The position numbers and the translations under genes were made by a program. 63,753 bases of DNA from Candidatus Stercoripulliclostridium sp. (GTDB lineage: Bacteria; Bacillota; Clostridia; Christensenellales; DTU072): positions 1-63,753 of the forward strand of contig JAZSLG010000056.1 in the NCBI GenBank assembly GCA_045535235.1, written 5' to 3'. The notes under the pieces are model-generated. The model had not been told where the DNA came from and did not search any database. It saw only the letters and a list, made by a program, of their open reading frames with translations. Shown in pieces: positions 45,065 to 55,452 of the stretch (position 1 is its first letter; every line of letters starts with the position of its first letter).

Positions 45065-46297
45065 CTATTTTTCAATAATTCGGTCAATACATTCCGTAAG
45101 TGCAATTTTGAAATGTTGGTAAGTAAGTCCACCTTGTAGATAAGCAATATATGGCTCTTTTATGGGTGCATCGGCAGAAAGCTCGATACTCGCTCCTTGA
45201 ACAAAGGTTCCTGCAGCCATAATTACTTCATGATCGTAGCCCGGCATAGCCCAAGGCTCGGGCGTTACGTAAGAGTCAACAGGTGAAGAATATTGAACGC
45301 CTTGGATGAACGTTATTAATTCCTCAGCCGTATTGAATTTTATTGAGCAAATTACGTCTTTCGGTAAAATATTGGGCGTAGGTTTTACGTCATATCCCAT
45401 CAAATTAAAGGCATTCGTTGCTAAAATAGTTCCTTTAACCGCGTTTGCAACCGTTACAGGAGCAAGGAATAACCCTTCGTAAAAAGGCATATATGAGGCA
45501 TTATAAGAGCCAACTTCCATACCAATTGAAGGTGCAGTCAAACGATAACCGACTTGGTCAACCCATTGTTTTTTTCCAACTATATAGCCACCGGTAGGAG
45601 CTATTCCACCACCTGCGTTTTTAATAAGCGATCCAACGCAAATATCGGCTCCAACTTGAGTAGGCTCCAGTTTATCAATAAACTCACCATAACAATTATC
45701 GACCATGATAACTGCATTTTTATCATATTTTCTCACGAAATTAACTATTTTTTCGATATCGGGAATGGACAAAGCATCGCGCCATTCATATCCACGAGAG
45801 CGAGTAATCATGACAACTTTAGGCGATTTATTTTCCAAATAACGCCCTATTGATTCATAATCAATTTCATAATTTTTGAGTGCGATTTCATCGTATTTAA
45901 CGCCGTAATCTTTGAGTGAACCAATATTTTCGCCACCAATAACCTCACGCAAAGTGTCGTAAGGCGCACCAGTAACACAAAGCAAAGTGTCGTTTGGACG
46001 AAGTAAACCAAACAAAGCAAGTGTCAAAGCATGCGTGCCGGATACGATATTGGGTGAAACTATGGCACTCTCAGCGCCAAATACCGTCGCAAACAAATTA
46101 CAAAGCGTATCTCTGCCAACGTCATCATAACCATAACCGGTCGTACCGGAAAAATGTCTGGTCGCAACACGATGTTCACGGAATGCGTTTAGCACTTTCT
46201 TTTGGTTATATAGTGCAATATCGTTGTCAATTATCTTAAAAAGTGGCTCTGCCAATTTTTCGGCTTTTTCGATGATTTCTTGTGTTTTTTGGCTCAT
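45065..46297 (-). CDS. PLP-dependent Met-gamma-lyase-like protein (YnbB / 'aluminium resistance' family)
   Basis: 410 aa with GSLIKNAGGGIAPTGGYIVG (PLP-Lys context typical of this family) and TGYGYDDVGRD near the N-terminus. Confidence 0.75.
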   Translation of the reverse strand: MSQKTQEIIEKAEKLAEPLFKIIDNDIALYNQKKVLNAFREHRVATRHFSGTTGYGYDDVGRDTLCNLFATVFGAESAIVSPNIVSGTHALTLALFGLLRPNDTLLCVTGAPYDTLREVIGGENIGSLKDYGVKYDEIALKNYEIDYESIGRYLENKSPKVVMITRSRGYEWRDALSIPDIEKIVNFVRKYDKNAVIMVDNCYGEFIDKLEPTQVGADICVGSLIKNAGGGIAPTGGYIVGKKQWVDQVGYRLTAPSIGMEVGSYNASYMPFYEGLFLAPVTVANAVKGTILATNAFNLMGYDVKPTPNILPKDVICSIKFNTAEELITFIQGVQYSSPVDSYVTPEPWAMPGYDHEVIMAAGTFVQGASIELSADAPIKEPYIAYLQGGLTYQHFKIALTECIDRIIEK

Positions 46298-46325
46298 TTC
46301 GTTTCCCTATTTTATAAATTTTGTG

Positions 46326-47234
46326 TTATTTTAGAATACTTTTATATTCGTTTAGCAACTTTCCCACAGCTTGGTCAAGCGGTTTATCCATATCTACAAA
46401 GCGTGCAATATCCTTGTAACGATTGTTAAACCAAGTATCCTGTCGCTTTGCGTATTGACGAGTATTAATATCAATTTGTTCTTTTACTTCCTCAAGCGTT
46501 TTTTCGCCTTCAAAGTACCCTTTCCATTCTTTATAACCAATTCCTTGCATTGATTGGAGTTCGAACCCATATCCTTTTTCCAAGAGCCCTCTAACCTCTT
46601 CCGCCAAACCTTCTGCAAACATTTGGTCAATGCGCAAAGTTATTCTTTCTCGAAGAATTGCCCTATCTCTTTTGGTAATAAACATGGTTACAGGCTCTAT
46701 AGGGCTAAATTCCGCACTTTGTGACGAAATAGGTTTTCCCGTATTCAAGACGACGAATAAGGCTCTTAACACCCGTACAGTGTTGTTATAATGATATTTT
46801 TCCGCACTGATTGGGTCTAGTTCTTTGAGTTTATCATGCATATATAATGCACCTTTTTCATCAAGCTCCTTTTGTAAGCTTTGCTTCAACTCAGGATTGT
46901 CCTTACCACCGCCGTACTCCATTTTGTACAATAGAGAATCCATATAAAGACCCGTTCCGCCAACGATAATCGGTATTTTACCGCGACTACGAATCTCCTT
47001 TATGGCAACGATTGCTCTTTCCTTAAAATCAACCACCGTAAAGGATTCGTTAGGGTCAACTACGTCGATTAAAAGCTGTCGCACCGGTATATCTTTCTCT
47101 TTTGCCGTACCAATATCCATTCCACGATAGATTTGCATGGAATCTGCCGATATAAGTTCTCCGTCAATTCTTTTTGCAAGCTCGATAGCAAGCGAAGATT
47201 TTCCGGTTGCCGTTGCACCTCCAACTATAATCAT
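46326..47234 (-). CDS. miaA: tRNA dimethylallyltransferase
   Basis: P-loop GGATATGKSSLAIELA, SADSMQIYRGMDIGTAK and IIVGGTGLY. Confidence 0.85.
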   Translation of the reverse strand: MIIVGGATATGKSSLAIELAKRIDGELISADSMQIYRGMDIGTAKEKDIPVRQLLIDVVDPNESFTVVDFKERAIVAIKEIRSRGKIPIIVGGTGLYMDSLLYKMEYGGGKDNPELKQSLQKELDEKGALYMHDKLKELDPISAEKYHYNNTVRVLRALFVVLNTGKPISSQSAEFSPIEPVTMFITKRDRAILRERITLRIDQMFAEGLAEEVRGLLEKGYGFELQSMQGIGYKEWKGYFEGEKTLEEVKEQIDINTRQYAKRQDTWFNNRYKDIARFVDMDKPLDQAVGKLLNEYKSILK

Positions 47235-49189
47235 ACACGTCTCCTAAAAAGTTTTTCAAACTCTTTGCGAGTATATACGATTGCAGTTGGTCTACCATGA
47301 GGACATTGTAGCGGTAGCTTGCCTTCATTAAAATACTCCATAACTAGTTCAATTTGTTCGTTATCGAAGGTTTTACCGCCTTTAATAGCAGATTTGCAGG
47401 CAATTGTTGCCAACTTATCCCTTCCAAGATCACGTATGCTTGAAGTTTTCCCTAGCTTAAGTTCCGTGGAAATTTCGGTTAAAATGGCGTTTACGTCTAT
47501 CTTATCGGCAATAAGTGAGGGTACTCCGGATACTTTTACAGCATTACCGCCAAAATCATCTATTTCAAAACCGATCTCAAGTAAAGCCTTTTTATTTTCC
47601 AAAAGGAGTAATATTTCTTCAACACCATTCTCATATACGTAAGGAATCATCAGCGTTTGAACGCTAATTTCTTTTTTCATCCAACTTTCAACGAGTCTAT
47701 CGTACAAAATGCGCTCGTGCATTGCATGTTGGTCAATAAAAATAACCTTATCTTCACACTCAATAGCAATATACGTATCAAAAAACTGACCTACTACCCT
47801 ATAATTTTTAACTTTTTCGGCTAGTTTAGGAGAATATTCATACTCTTCAATCGCTATTGGAGCTTTTTTAGTTAGACTTTCATCTCTTTTATTTTCTTCA
47901 ATGAAGGGATCAAGTTCGGTTATAATACTTGGTTTAGACGGAGGCATTACGGTAACGTTAGTTTTACCATACAACGGCGCACCGGGAGCATAGGTACTAA
48001 CGCGAGGCTCGGCAACTTCGTCCAAATTTCGACTTGATTTACCGCGTACTAAACTCAAAGCCTCTTCAAAGCTCATAACTGGTTTAGCTTCGTTAGTAAC
48101 GCTAGGTTTGCAGTCCCCTATCGGCTCCTCTTTTGCAACATTTTGACCGTTTTCGACCGAAACAGTGGAAAAATCTGCAACTAAATCTTGGCGTTTTTGA
48201 AATTCATAACCCTCCAACGCACGCATAACTACTCGATATATGTAGCCGTAAACCTTACGAGCATTTTGGAAACGCACCTCTTTTTTGCTAGGATGAACGT
48301 TGACGTCAACTTCGTCAAACGGCATAACTATATTAAGCACGTATATTGGAAAGCATCTACTCATTAATCTACTTCCATAGGCGTTTTGAATAGTAGCCGA
48401 TAACGTTTGGTCAACAATAACCCTACCATTTAATATAACAATTTGAAAATTACGATTATTTTTGTATACTTCAGGAGGTGAAACGAAACCGGTTACGCGA
48501 ATACCCTCATTTTCCACAGGCTCTTGGATTTCTATTAGATTTTTGGAAATTTGTGGTAAAAACACACTATCTACCGCACCTTTTAGACCGTTTCCTGCAG
48601 AAGAATAGGTCAAATTACCATCCACGTAGTAACTAATAGCTACCTCGGGATTAGCAAGAATAAGCCTAAAAATATGCTTGTTCACGTATCCTTCTTCCGT
48701 AGCCTTGGAAGATAGGAATTTATACCTTGCGGGAGTGTTATAAAACAAATTAGACACTCTTATAGCCGTTCCTTGAGAATGGGCGCAATCTCCCAGCTGG
48801 GTTTCTCCATTTTTAGCATAAAAATATGCGCCGTGTTCACTTTCATAATATTTGGAACGAATTTCAAACTCCGATACTGCCGATATGGATGCTAATGCCT
48901 CACCTCTAAATCCAAGAGTTGCTATTGTATTAAGGTCATCTGCTTCCTTGATTTTACTAGTAGCGTGAGGAAGTATGGTTTTGGGAAGTTCTTCTTTTTG
49001 AATACCGCAACCATCGTCGATAACCTCTATACTCTTGATACCGCCGTCTTCAATATAAACGGAAATATTTTTCGCACCGGCGTCAATAGCGTTTTCTACC
49101 AATTCTTTGACTACGGAGGCGGGATTTTCTACCACCTCGCCGGCTGAAATCAAATTATAGATACTTTTGTCTAATAGATTTATTTTCAT
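47231..49189 (-). CDS. mutL: DNA mismatch repair protein MutL
   Basis: GHKL ATPase N-terminus (VVKELVENAIDAGA, DDGCGI, LGFRGEALASI) and a C-terminal dimerisation/endonuclease region (DQHAMHERILY, CPHGRP). Confidence 0.9.
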   Translation of the reverse strand: MKINLLDKSIYNLISAGEVVENPASVVKELVENAIDAGAKNISVYIEDGGIKSIEVIDDGCGIQKEELPKTILPHATSKIKEADDLNTIATLGFRGEALASISAVSEFEIRSKYYESEHGAYFYAKNGETQLGDCAHSQGTAIRVSNLFYNTPARYKFLSSKATEEGYVNKHIFRLILANPEVAISYYVDGNLTYSSAGNGLKGAVDSVFLPQISKNLIEIQEPVENEGIRVTGFVSPPEVYKNNRNFQIVILNGRVIVDQTLSATIQNAYGSRLMSRCFPIYVLNIVMPFDEVDVNVHPSKKEVRFQNARKVYGYIYRVVMRALEGYEFQKRQDLVADFSTVSVENGQNVAKEEPIGDCKPSVTNEAKPVMSFEEALSLVRGKSSRNLDEVAEPRVSTYAPGAPLYGKTNVTVMPPSKPSIITELDPFIEENKRDESLTKKAPIAIEEYEYSPKLAEKVKNYRVVGQFFDTYIAIECEDKVIFIDQHAMHERILYDRLVESWMKKEISVQTLMIPYVYENGVEEILLLLENKKALLEIGFEIDDFGGNAVKVSGVPSLIADKIDVNAILTEISTELKLGKTSSIRDLGRDKLATIACKSAIKGGKTFDNEQIELVMEYFNEGKLPLQCPHGRPTAIVYTRKEFEKLFRRRV

Positions 49190-51828
49190 TATTTCTTCCT
49201 TCTACCAGTAGGTTTCGTCATTTTTTGAAGGTTTGAGAGTATGGTCAACGCGTGTAGAGGCGTTATATCGTTAAGGTCAATATCGTTTATAATACGCGCT
49301 ATCTCATCGTATTTACTATCCTCTTGGAAGAATCCTATTTGGCTAGTAGGTACGGCATCTTCCGAAATATTCGCACCAATTTTCGTGCTTAATTTACCCT
49401 CTTGACTCTCCTCGATGGAACTCATTATCATTTTTGCGCGGTTTGTAATTTTCTCATTGACGCCGGCAAGAGTAGCTACCTCTATACCAAAGCTCTTGTT
49501 TGCTCCACCACGGGCAATTTTATAAAGGAAAGTAATCTTTCCATCGGTATCTTTAATTAGAATATGATAATTTTTAAGACTGGGAAGTTCACTTTCCAAT
49601 TCACTAAGCTCATGATAGTGAGTTGCAAACAATGTTTTAGCCTTCAACTTTAATGCAAGATGCTCGACGATTGCCCAAGCAATAGAAAGTCCGTCTATCG
49701 TGGAGGTACCCCTACCGATTTCGTCCAAGATGAGTAAACTCTTTGGCGTGGCGTTATTCAAAATATTAGCCATTTCCGTCATTTCTACCATGAAAGTAGA
49801 TTGTCCGTATGCTACGTTATCACTTGCACCAACACGTGTAAATATGCGGTCAACAAGGCAAATTTCAGCCTCTCTTGCGGGTACGAAACTACCAACGTGC
49901 GCCATCAGTACGATTAAGGCTACTTGACGCATATAGGTGGATTTACCAGCCATGTTGGGACCGGTGATTATTAAAGTTCTACTGTCCTTCGTCATTACGG
50001 TATCGTTTGGAACAAAGGAATTTTTGCGCTTTAACGCCTCAACTACAGGATGCCTACCCTCTTTTATAACCAAATCATCCGAATTATCTTTAACTTTTGG
50101 ACGAACGTAACCGTTGGCAACCGCAGTGGTTGAAAGTGAATATAACAAATCAAGCTCGGCAACGGCATTGGAATTGGTTTGCAAAATTGCAACAACTTCC
50201 ATTAAACTATTCTTAATTTCACCAAACAAACTACTTTCCAAAGCAAGAGCTTTTTCTTCGGCACCAAGAATAACTTCTTCCATTTTCTTAAGTTCATCGG
50301 TAATAAAACGTTCCCCGGTAGTTAAAGTCTGTTTTCTTTCAAAACGGTAAGGAACCATGGGTAAATTTGAATTAGAAACTTCTATATAATAACCAAACAC
50401 CCTATTATAACCGACTTTTAATTGTTTAATGCCAGTTTCTTCTCTCTCTTTTGCTTCATATTCGGATAACCAACGCTTTGCAGAAGTCCTAGCGTTACGA
50501 TAGCTATCAAGCTCGGCACTATAACCATCACGGAAAATACCACCGTCCTTAATAGTAATGGGAGGCGTATCAACGAGCGCACCCATAATATGATTTGCTA
50601 AATCTTCCAAGGGATCAATTAAATCGCGGAGAATAATAATTCTTTGACTTTTCGCCTTACGAAGGGAATAAATAACACTTACTAGCTTTTGTAATGAAAA
50701 AGCTATTGATTGCGCTCCTCTAGGCGTAATAGTTCCGTATGCAATACGATTACACAACCTTTCTACGTCGTGTATGGAAGATAACGCTTCGCCCAATTCT
50801 TCACGCATACTTGCATTCTTAAAAAGGTCTTCAACCGCATCAAGGCGCTCGTTAATATCGCTCAAGCGCGCAAAAGGCTCGTCAATTGCTTTGCGAAGTA
50901 GTCTTGCGCCCATAGAGGTACGCGTTCTATCAAGTACCCAAAACAACGAGCCTACTTTTGAGCCGTCAAATAACGTTTTTGTTAGTTCTAGATTGCGTTT
51001 GGTGTTAAAATCGATAAACATTTTATCGCCTGAGCGCAATATTTTAGGAGTGCGAACGTGAGAAAGCTTTCTCTTTTGAGTCCCACTAACGTAGTCAAGT
51101 AATCCACCCAACGCACAAACTAACAAAGAGCCTTTTTCCAAACCCAGTGAACCAAGATTATTAAGATTATAAAAATTCAAAACCGTCTTTTCTGCTACTT
51201 CTTTATCAAAAGAATAGTCGTAATAAGACTGTGGACGAGGCAATTTACCAAGACTAACAGCCTCGTAATCCAATAATTCGGCGTATATTTTAGAGCTACA
51301 AATAATTTCACTTGGAGCAATAGAAAGAATGGTATCTTCCAAGGAAAAAGTAGAGTTAAGCGCCTTAACGTAAACCTCTCCCGTGGAAATATCCGTCCAA
51401 GCAAGGCCGACGCCAGATTTATCCGTAACTACGGAGATCAAATAACTATTAGCGGTTGCATCAAGCATTTCGTCATCGGTAACGGTACCGGGCGTTATAA
51501 CGCGAACTACGTCACGCTTAACCATTCCTTTTTGGTCCCCGGGAGCAGTAAGCTGTTCGCAAATAGCCACTTTTTTACCATTTTTAACAAGTTTTGAGAT
51601 ATATCCGTCAACTGCGTGGAAAGGTACGCCACACATGGGCGCTCTTTCATCCAATCCACAATCCCTTCCTGTTAAAGTAAGGTCGAGTATTTTACTGGCT
51701 TCCACCGCATCATCAAAAAACATCTCGTAAAAATCGCCCAATCTATACATTAGTATAGTATCGGGATATTGTTCTTTGAGCGATTTATAATGAACCATCA
51801 TCGGCGATAATTTTTGCTTAACACTCAT
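49189..51828 (-). CDS. mutS: DNA mismatch repair protein MutS
   Basis: 879 aa with an N-terminal mismatch-binding region (TPMMVHYKSLKEQYPD, GDFYEMFF), Walker A GPNMAGKSTYMRQ and DEIGRGTST. Confidence 0.9.
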   Translation of the reverse strand: MSVKQKLSPMMVHYKSLKEQYPDTILMYRLGDFYEMFFDDAVEASKILDLTLTGRDCGLDERAPMCGVPFHAVDGYISKLVKNGKKVAICEQLTAPGDQKGMVKRDVVRVITPGTVTDDEMLDATANSYLISVVTDKSGVGLAWTDISTGEVYVKALNSTFSLEDTILSIAPSEIICSSKIYAELLDYEAVSLGKLPRPQSYYDYSFDKEVAEKTVLNFYNLNNLGSLGLEKGSLLVCALGGLLDYVSGTQKRKLSHVRTPKILRSGDKMFIDFNTKRNLELTKTLFDGSKVGSLFWVLDRTRTSMGARLLRKAIDEPFARLSDINERLDAVEDLFKNASMREELGEALSSIHDVERLCNRIAYGTITPRGAQSIAFSLQKLVSVIYSLRKAKSQRIIILRDLIDPLEDLANHIMGALVDTPPITIKDGGIFRDGYSAELDSYRNARTSAKRWLSEYEAKEREETGIKQLKVGYNRVFGYYIEVSNSNLPMVPYRFERKQTLTTGERFITDELKKMEEVILGAEEKALALESSLFGEIKNSLMEVVAILQTNSNAVAELDLLYSLSTTAVANGYVRPKVKDNSDDLVIKEGRHPVVEALKRKNSFVPNDTVMTKDSRTLIITGPNMAGKSTYMRQVALIVLMAHVGSFVPAREAEICLVDRIFTRVGASDNVAYGQSTFMVEMTEMANILNNATPKSLLILDEIGRGTSTIDGLSIAWAIVEHLALKLKAKTLFATHYHELSELESELPSLKNYHILIKDTDGKITFLYKIARGGANKSFGIEVATLAGVNEKITNRAKMIMSSIEESQEGKLSTKIGANISEDAVPTSQIGFFQEDSKYDEIARIINDIDLNDITPLHALTILSNLQKMTKPTGRRKK

Positions 51829-53176
51829 TTACAATTTCTCCTATAAGGGCAGACGCCTTATTTTTTTCTATTTTAACGTTGACGAATTTGCCAACCATAT
51901 CCTTTTCACCCTTAAAATTGACGAGTCTACCGGAATTAGTTCTACCGCACAAATACCCTTCCCTGGGCGCGTCCTCGACAAGAACTTCTTCCACTTTACC
52001 AACGTAGGTTTCGCTAATTTCCAACGTGATTTTATTTTGAAGAGCAATCAAACGCTTTATTCTTTCACTCTTAATGGCATAGGGTATTTGCTCCATTTTT
52101 GCAGCAACGGTACCCTTTCTTGGTGAATATATGAAGGTAAACGCATTATGATAACGCACCTTTTCCACCAAATCGAGGGTGTCCAAAAAGTCTTCTTCCG
52201 TTTCTCCGGGGAAACCTACCATGATGTCTGAAGTAATACCACAGTCGGGCATATATTTTTTAATTAAATCTATAAGATAAAAGTATCTATCACGGTCGTA
52301 ACGGCGATTCATAGCCTTTAGAATCGCATTGGAACCGGCTTGTACCGGAAGATGAATATTATTGCAGAAATTGGGTGTTTCCGCTATTAATTTTATTACT
52401 TCTTCGGAGAGATCCTTGGGATGAGAAGTCATAAAACGCAAACGGAATTTAGTGGGAATTTCGGCTATTTTCTTTAATAAAGTGTAAAAATTAACACCAT
52501 CGGTGCGGTCTGAGCCGTAACTGTCAACGTTTTGACCAAGTAACGTAATCTCCTTATAACCGGAGTTGACGAGGGATTTGACTTCTTCTAGTATTAGCTC
52601 GGGGTCACGACTTCTTTCCCTTCCACGAACGTATGGTACAATGCAATAAGAGCAAAAATTATTACACCCATACATAATATTTACCCATGCGTTTGGATAG
52701 GAAGTACGATAAGGAACGACGTCCTCTATTACGGGAGGTTTTTCGTTAGTGTCAATTTCGATAACTTTTCCTCTTTTACGAGCGCGACGTTCTTCCAATT
52801 CTAAAATCTTGTCCGCAAGAAGATGAACGTTATTGGTTCCCAAAATTATATCAACAAAAGGAAACTTAGTAGCAACAAGTTCCGCCATACCTTCTTGCTG
52901 AGTCATGCAACCGAAAATTACTATAATACGGGATTTATCAAGGCGTTTGAGTATTTTTAACTCACCGATATTGCCAAAAATCTTCTTTTCCGCAGTATCT
53001 CGTATACAGCAAGTATTAAAAACGATAATTTTGGCTTGCGCTTTTTCTTTTGTTTCTTCATAACCCAATGCAACCAAAATGCCCGCCACCTTTTCAGATT
53101 CGTGAACGTTCATTTGGCAACCAAAGGTTTCGATATAATATTTATTCTCTAAACTAGTGTTATATAAATTTTCCAT
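51818..53176 (-). CDS. miaB: tRNA (i6A37) methylthiotransferase MiaB
   Basis: UPF0004 N-terminal domain (YIETFGCQMN), radical-SAM CNNFCSYCIVP and a C-terminal TRAM domain. Confidence 0.9.
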   Translation of the reverse strand: MENLYNTSLENKYYIETFGCQMNVHESEKVAGILVALGYEETKEKAQAKIIVFNTCCIRDTAEKKIFGNIGELKILKRLDKSRIIVIFGCMTQQEGMAELVATKFPFVDIILGTNNVHLLADKILELEERRARKRGKVIEIDTNEKPPVIEDVVPYRTSYPNAWVNIMYGCNNFCSYCIVPYVRGRERSRDPELILEEVKSLVNSGYKEITLLGQNVDSYGSDRTDGVNFYTLLKKIAEIPTKFRLRFMTSHPKDLSEEVIKLIAETPNFCNNIHLPVQAGSNAILKAMNRRYDRDRYFYLIDLIKKYMPDCGITSDIMVGFPGETEEDFLDTLDLVEKVRYHNAFTFIYSPRKGTVAAKMEQIPYAIKSERIKRLIALQNKITLEISETYVGKVEEVLVEDAPREGYLCGRTNSGRLVNFKGEKDMVGKFVNVKIEKNKASALIGEIVNEC

Positions 53177-53250
53177 ACGAAATTATTATATCTTATACGC
53201 GCGCGTAAATCAAGTATAAATTGTACGAAAAACTTAATACTAATACCACT

Positions 53251-55452
53251 ATGAAGGCAAAAAATATTCTTAAAATAACCGCATTAGTATTATTATTTAG
53301 CGTATTTTTTATAATACTCATCGCAAGTTTTTATGCATTTTCCGTCGTAAAAGGCGTAAAATTTGACAAAAATGCATTTGAAAGCACAAACGCAAAAAAA
53401 GCTGTTATATTTGACGCAAGCGGAGATGAAATAGACTTTTTCTCTTCTGTAAAGGAGGTAGTTCCTTACGAAGAGATCTCTCCTTATACTATTTATGCAT
53501 TCGTAAGTTTAGAAGACAAAAGATTTTTTGAACACAAAGGAATTGATTTTAGACGCGTTATTGGAGCTTCCTTAAGCAATATAAAAGCCGGATATTTTAA
53601 GGAAGGTGGCTCCACCATCACTCAACAACTTGCTAAAAACACTCTACTTACTCAAGAAAAAACAATCCAAAGAAAACTAAAAGAAGCTAAACTTTCTTTG
53701 GAAATAGAAAAAAACTATTCTAAACAAGAAATTATTACGAAATATCTTAATTCTATTTACTTTGGACATTCACTTTACGGTATAAGCGACGCTTGTAAAA
53801 GATTATTTAACAAAAAACCTAACGAGATTACCATTAGCGAAAGTGCAATATTAGCTGGAATAGTTAAAAATCCACTAAGAAATTCACCTCTTAATTCGGT
53901 TGAGAACGCTTTAGAAAGAAGAAATTTGGTATTAAAATTGATGTTAAACCAGGGTTATATCAATGAAGGACAATATGAATCGGCGTTAAAAGAGTGCTAT
54001 ACGCCCATTACTAGCCATGAAACAAAAGAGATTAATATTCCTTATACACAAACTGTAATTGAGGAGAGTGCAAAACTATTGGGTATAAATGAAAGAGAAA
54101 TAATTACAGGCGGTTATAAAATTTACACCTATTTTGATAAAAATGCACAAAAATCTCTTGATAACGCCTATTTAAACGAGGAATTAGAGGTTGAAAATGC
54201 CAACAAGTCCTATATGCTCGCTAATAATCAAAACGGTGGAATTTGTGCCTACGTGTCTAACCTATATTATTCCCCATATAGTTACAGAAGGCAAGGTGCG
54301 TCTACGTTAAAACCAATTATCGCTTATGCTCCGGCATTTGAGCAAAGAAAAATAATTCCTTGTAGTCCTATTCTTGACGAAAAATGTGAAATTAACGGAT
54401 ATTCTCCCAACAATTATCAAAACCAATACTTAGGTTGGACTACTATTAAGGAAAGTCTTACGACTTCCAGTAATGCATGTAGCATTAAACTATTAGATTT
54501 GGTAGGTCAAGATTATTCATTCAAATTAGCAACAGAATTAGGCTTAACTTTTAGCCCACAAGACGGTCTTGCCAGTGCACTTGGAGCTACCACTCAGGGT
54601 CAAACTATGCCCGAGTTAATTACTGCATACATGAGTATAGCAAACGGTGGAATAAAGCAAAACGTTAGTTTTATAAAGGCAATTTATAACAACTCCGGCA
54701 ATTGCGTATATAATCATGAGAGTGGTAGAAAACGAATAATTTCTAGCGAAACAGCCTATTTTCTTACCGATTGTCTACTTTCTTGTGCAAAAGAAGGTAC
54801 TGCAAAAAAGTTACGCAACTTAGATATACAAGTAGCTTCAAAAACGGGAACTAACGGAAATAGTGAAGGAAACTTTGATGCTTGGAATTTGTCTTATACG
54901 ACCTCGCACACTCTAGCCGTTTGGTATGGTAGCAACGATTACAAGAAAGGGCTTGATTTATCGGTTACCGGCGGTAGCTACCCAACCATTGGCGCTAAAC
55001 AAGTTTGGAGCACGATTGATAAACCTAAAGATTTTCATACTCCCAACTCAATTGAACAAGTCGAAATAGACGACTATATTTACAAAACCTCGCACGTTCT
55101 TATGCTTGCAAACGAAAATACTCCAATTGAATATAAAAGAAGTGTTTTATGTAGCGAAAAACATAATATTCCCGTTAGTAGTTACTTTGACAACGCAATA
55201 CCGAATGATTTTGAGGTAATTAACGGCGACGGCGAAATAATAATTACTTTTACTAGCAATCAAAAGTTCCCTTTAATTTTAGAAAATTCTTTGGGTGAAG
55301 TTCTTTCTAAAATAGAAAAAGGCTCGGGTAAAGTGGAAATCACCCTACCAAAGCCCTATCGTACTTTTGAGTTTTATTATTTGGCATCCTATACCGACGA
55401 CGGTATACTAATTAAAAAATCACAACCAAAAATGATAATTAACTTATATTAG
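53251..55452 (+). CDS. Class A penicillin-binding protein (GT51 glycosyltransferase plus transpeptidase)
   Basis: GT51 motifs EDKRFFEHKGID and GGSTITQQLAKN. Transpeptidase motifs SxxK (ASTLKP), SxN (SSNACS) and KTG (SKTGTN). The track ORF opens at TTG 53221; ATG 53251 precedes the TM anchor. Confidence 0.8.
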   Translation: MKAKNILKITALVLLFSVFFIILIASFYAFSVVKGVKFDKNAFESTNAKKAVIFDASGDEIDFFSSVKEVVPYEEISPYTIYAFVSLEDKRFFEHKGIDFRRVIGASLSNIKAGYFKEGGSTITQQLAKNTLLTQEKTIQRKLKEAKLSLEIEKNYSKQEIITKYLNSIYFGHSLYGISDACKRLFNKKPNEITISESAILAGIVKNPLRNSPLNSVENALERRNLVLKLMLNQGYINEGQYESALKECYTPITSHETKEINIPYTQTVIEESAKLLGINEREIITGGYKIYTYFDKNAQKSLDNAYLNEELEVENANKSYMLANNQNGGICAYVSNLYYSPYSYRRQGASTLKPIIAYAPAFEQRKIIPCSPILDEKCEINGYSPNNYQNQYLGWTTIKESLTTSSNACSIKLLDLVGQDYSFKLATELGLTFSPQDGLASALGATTQGQTMPELITAYMSIANGGIKQNVSFIKAIYNNSGNCVYNHESGRKRIISSETAYFLTDCLLSCAKEGTAKKLRNLDIQVASKTGTNGNSEGNFDAWNLSYTTSHTLAVWYGSNDYKKGLDLSVTGGSYPTIGAKQVWSTIDKPKDFHTPNSIEQVEIDDYIYKTSHVLMLANENTPIEYKRSVLCSEKHNIPVSSYFDNAIPNDFEVINGDGEIIITFTSNQKFPLILENSLGEVLSKIEKGSGKVEITLPKPYRTFEFYYLASYTDDGILIKKSQPKMIINLY

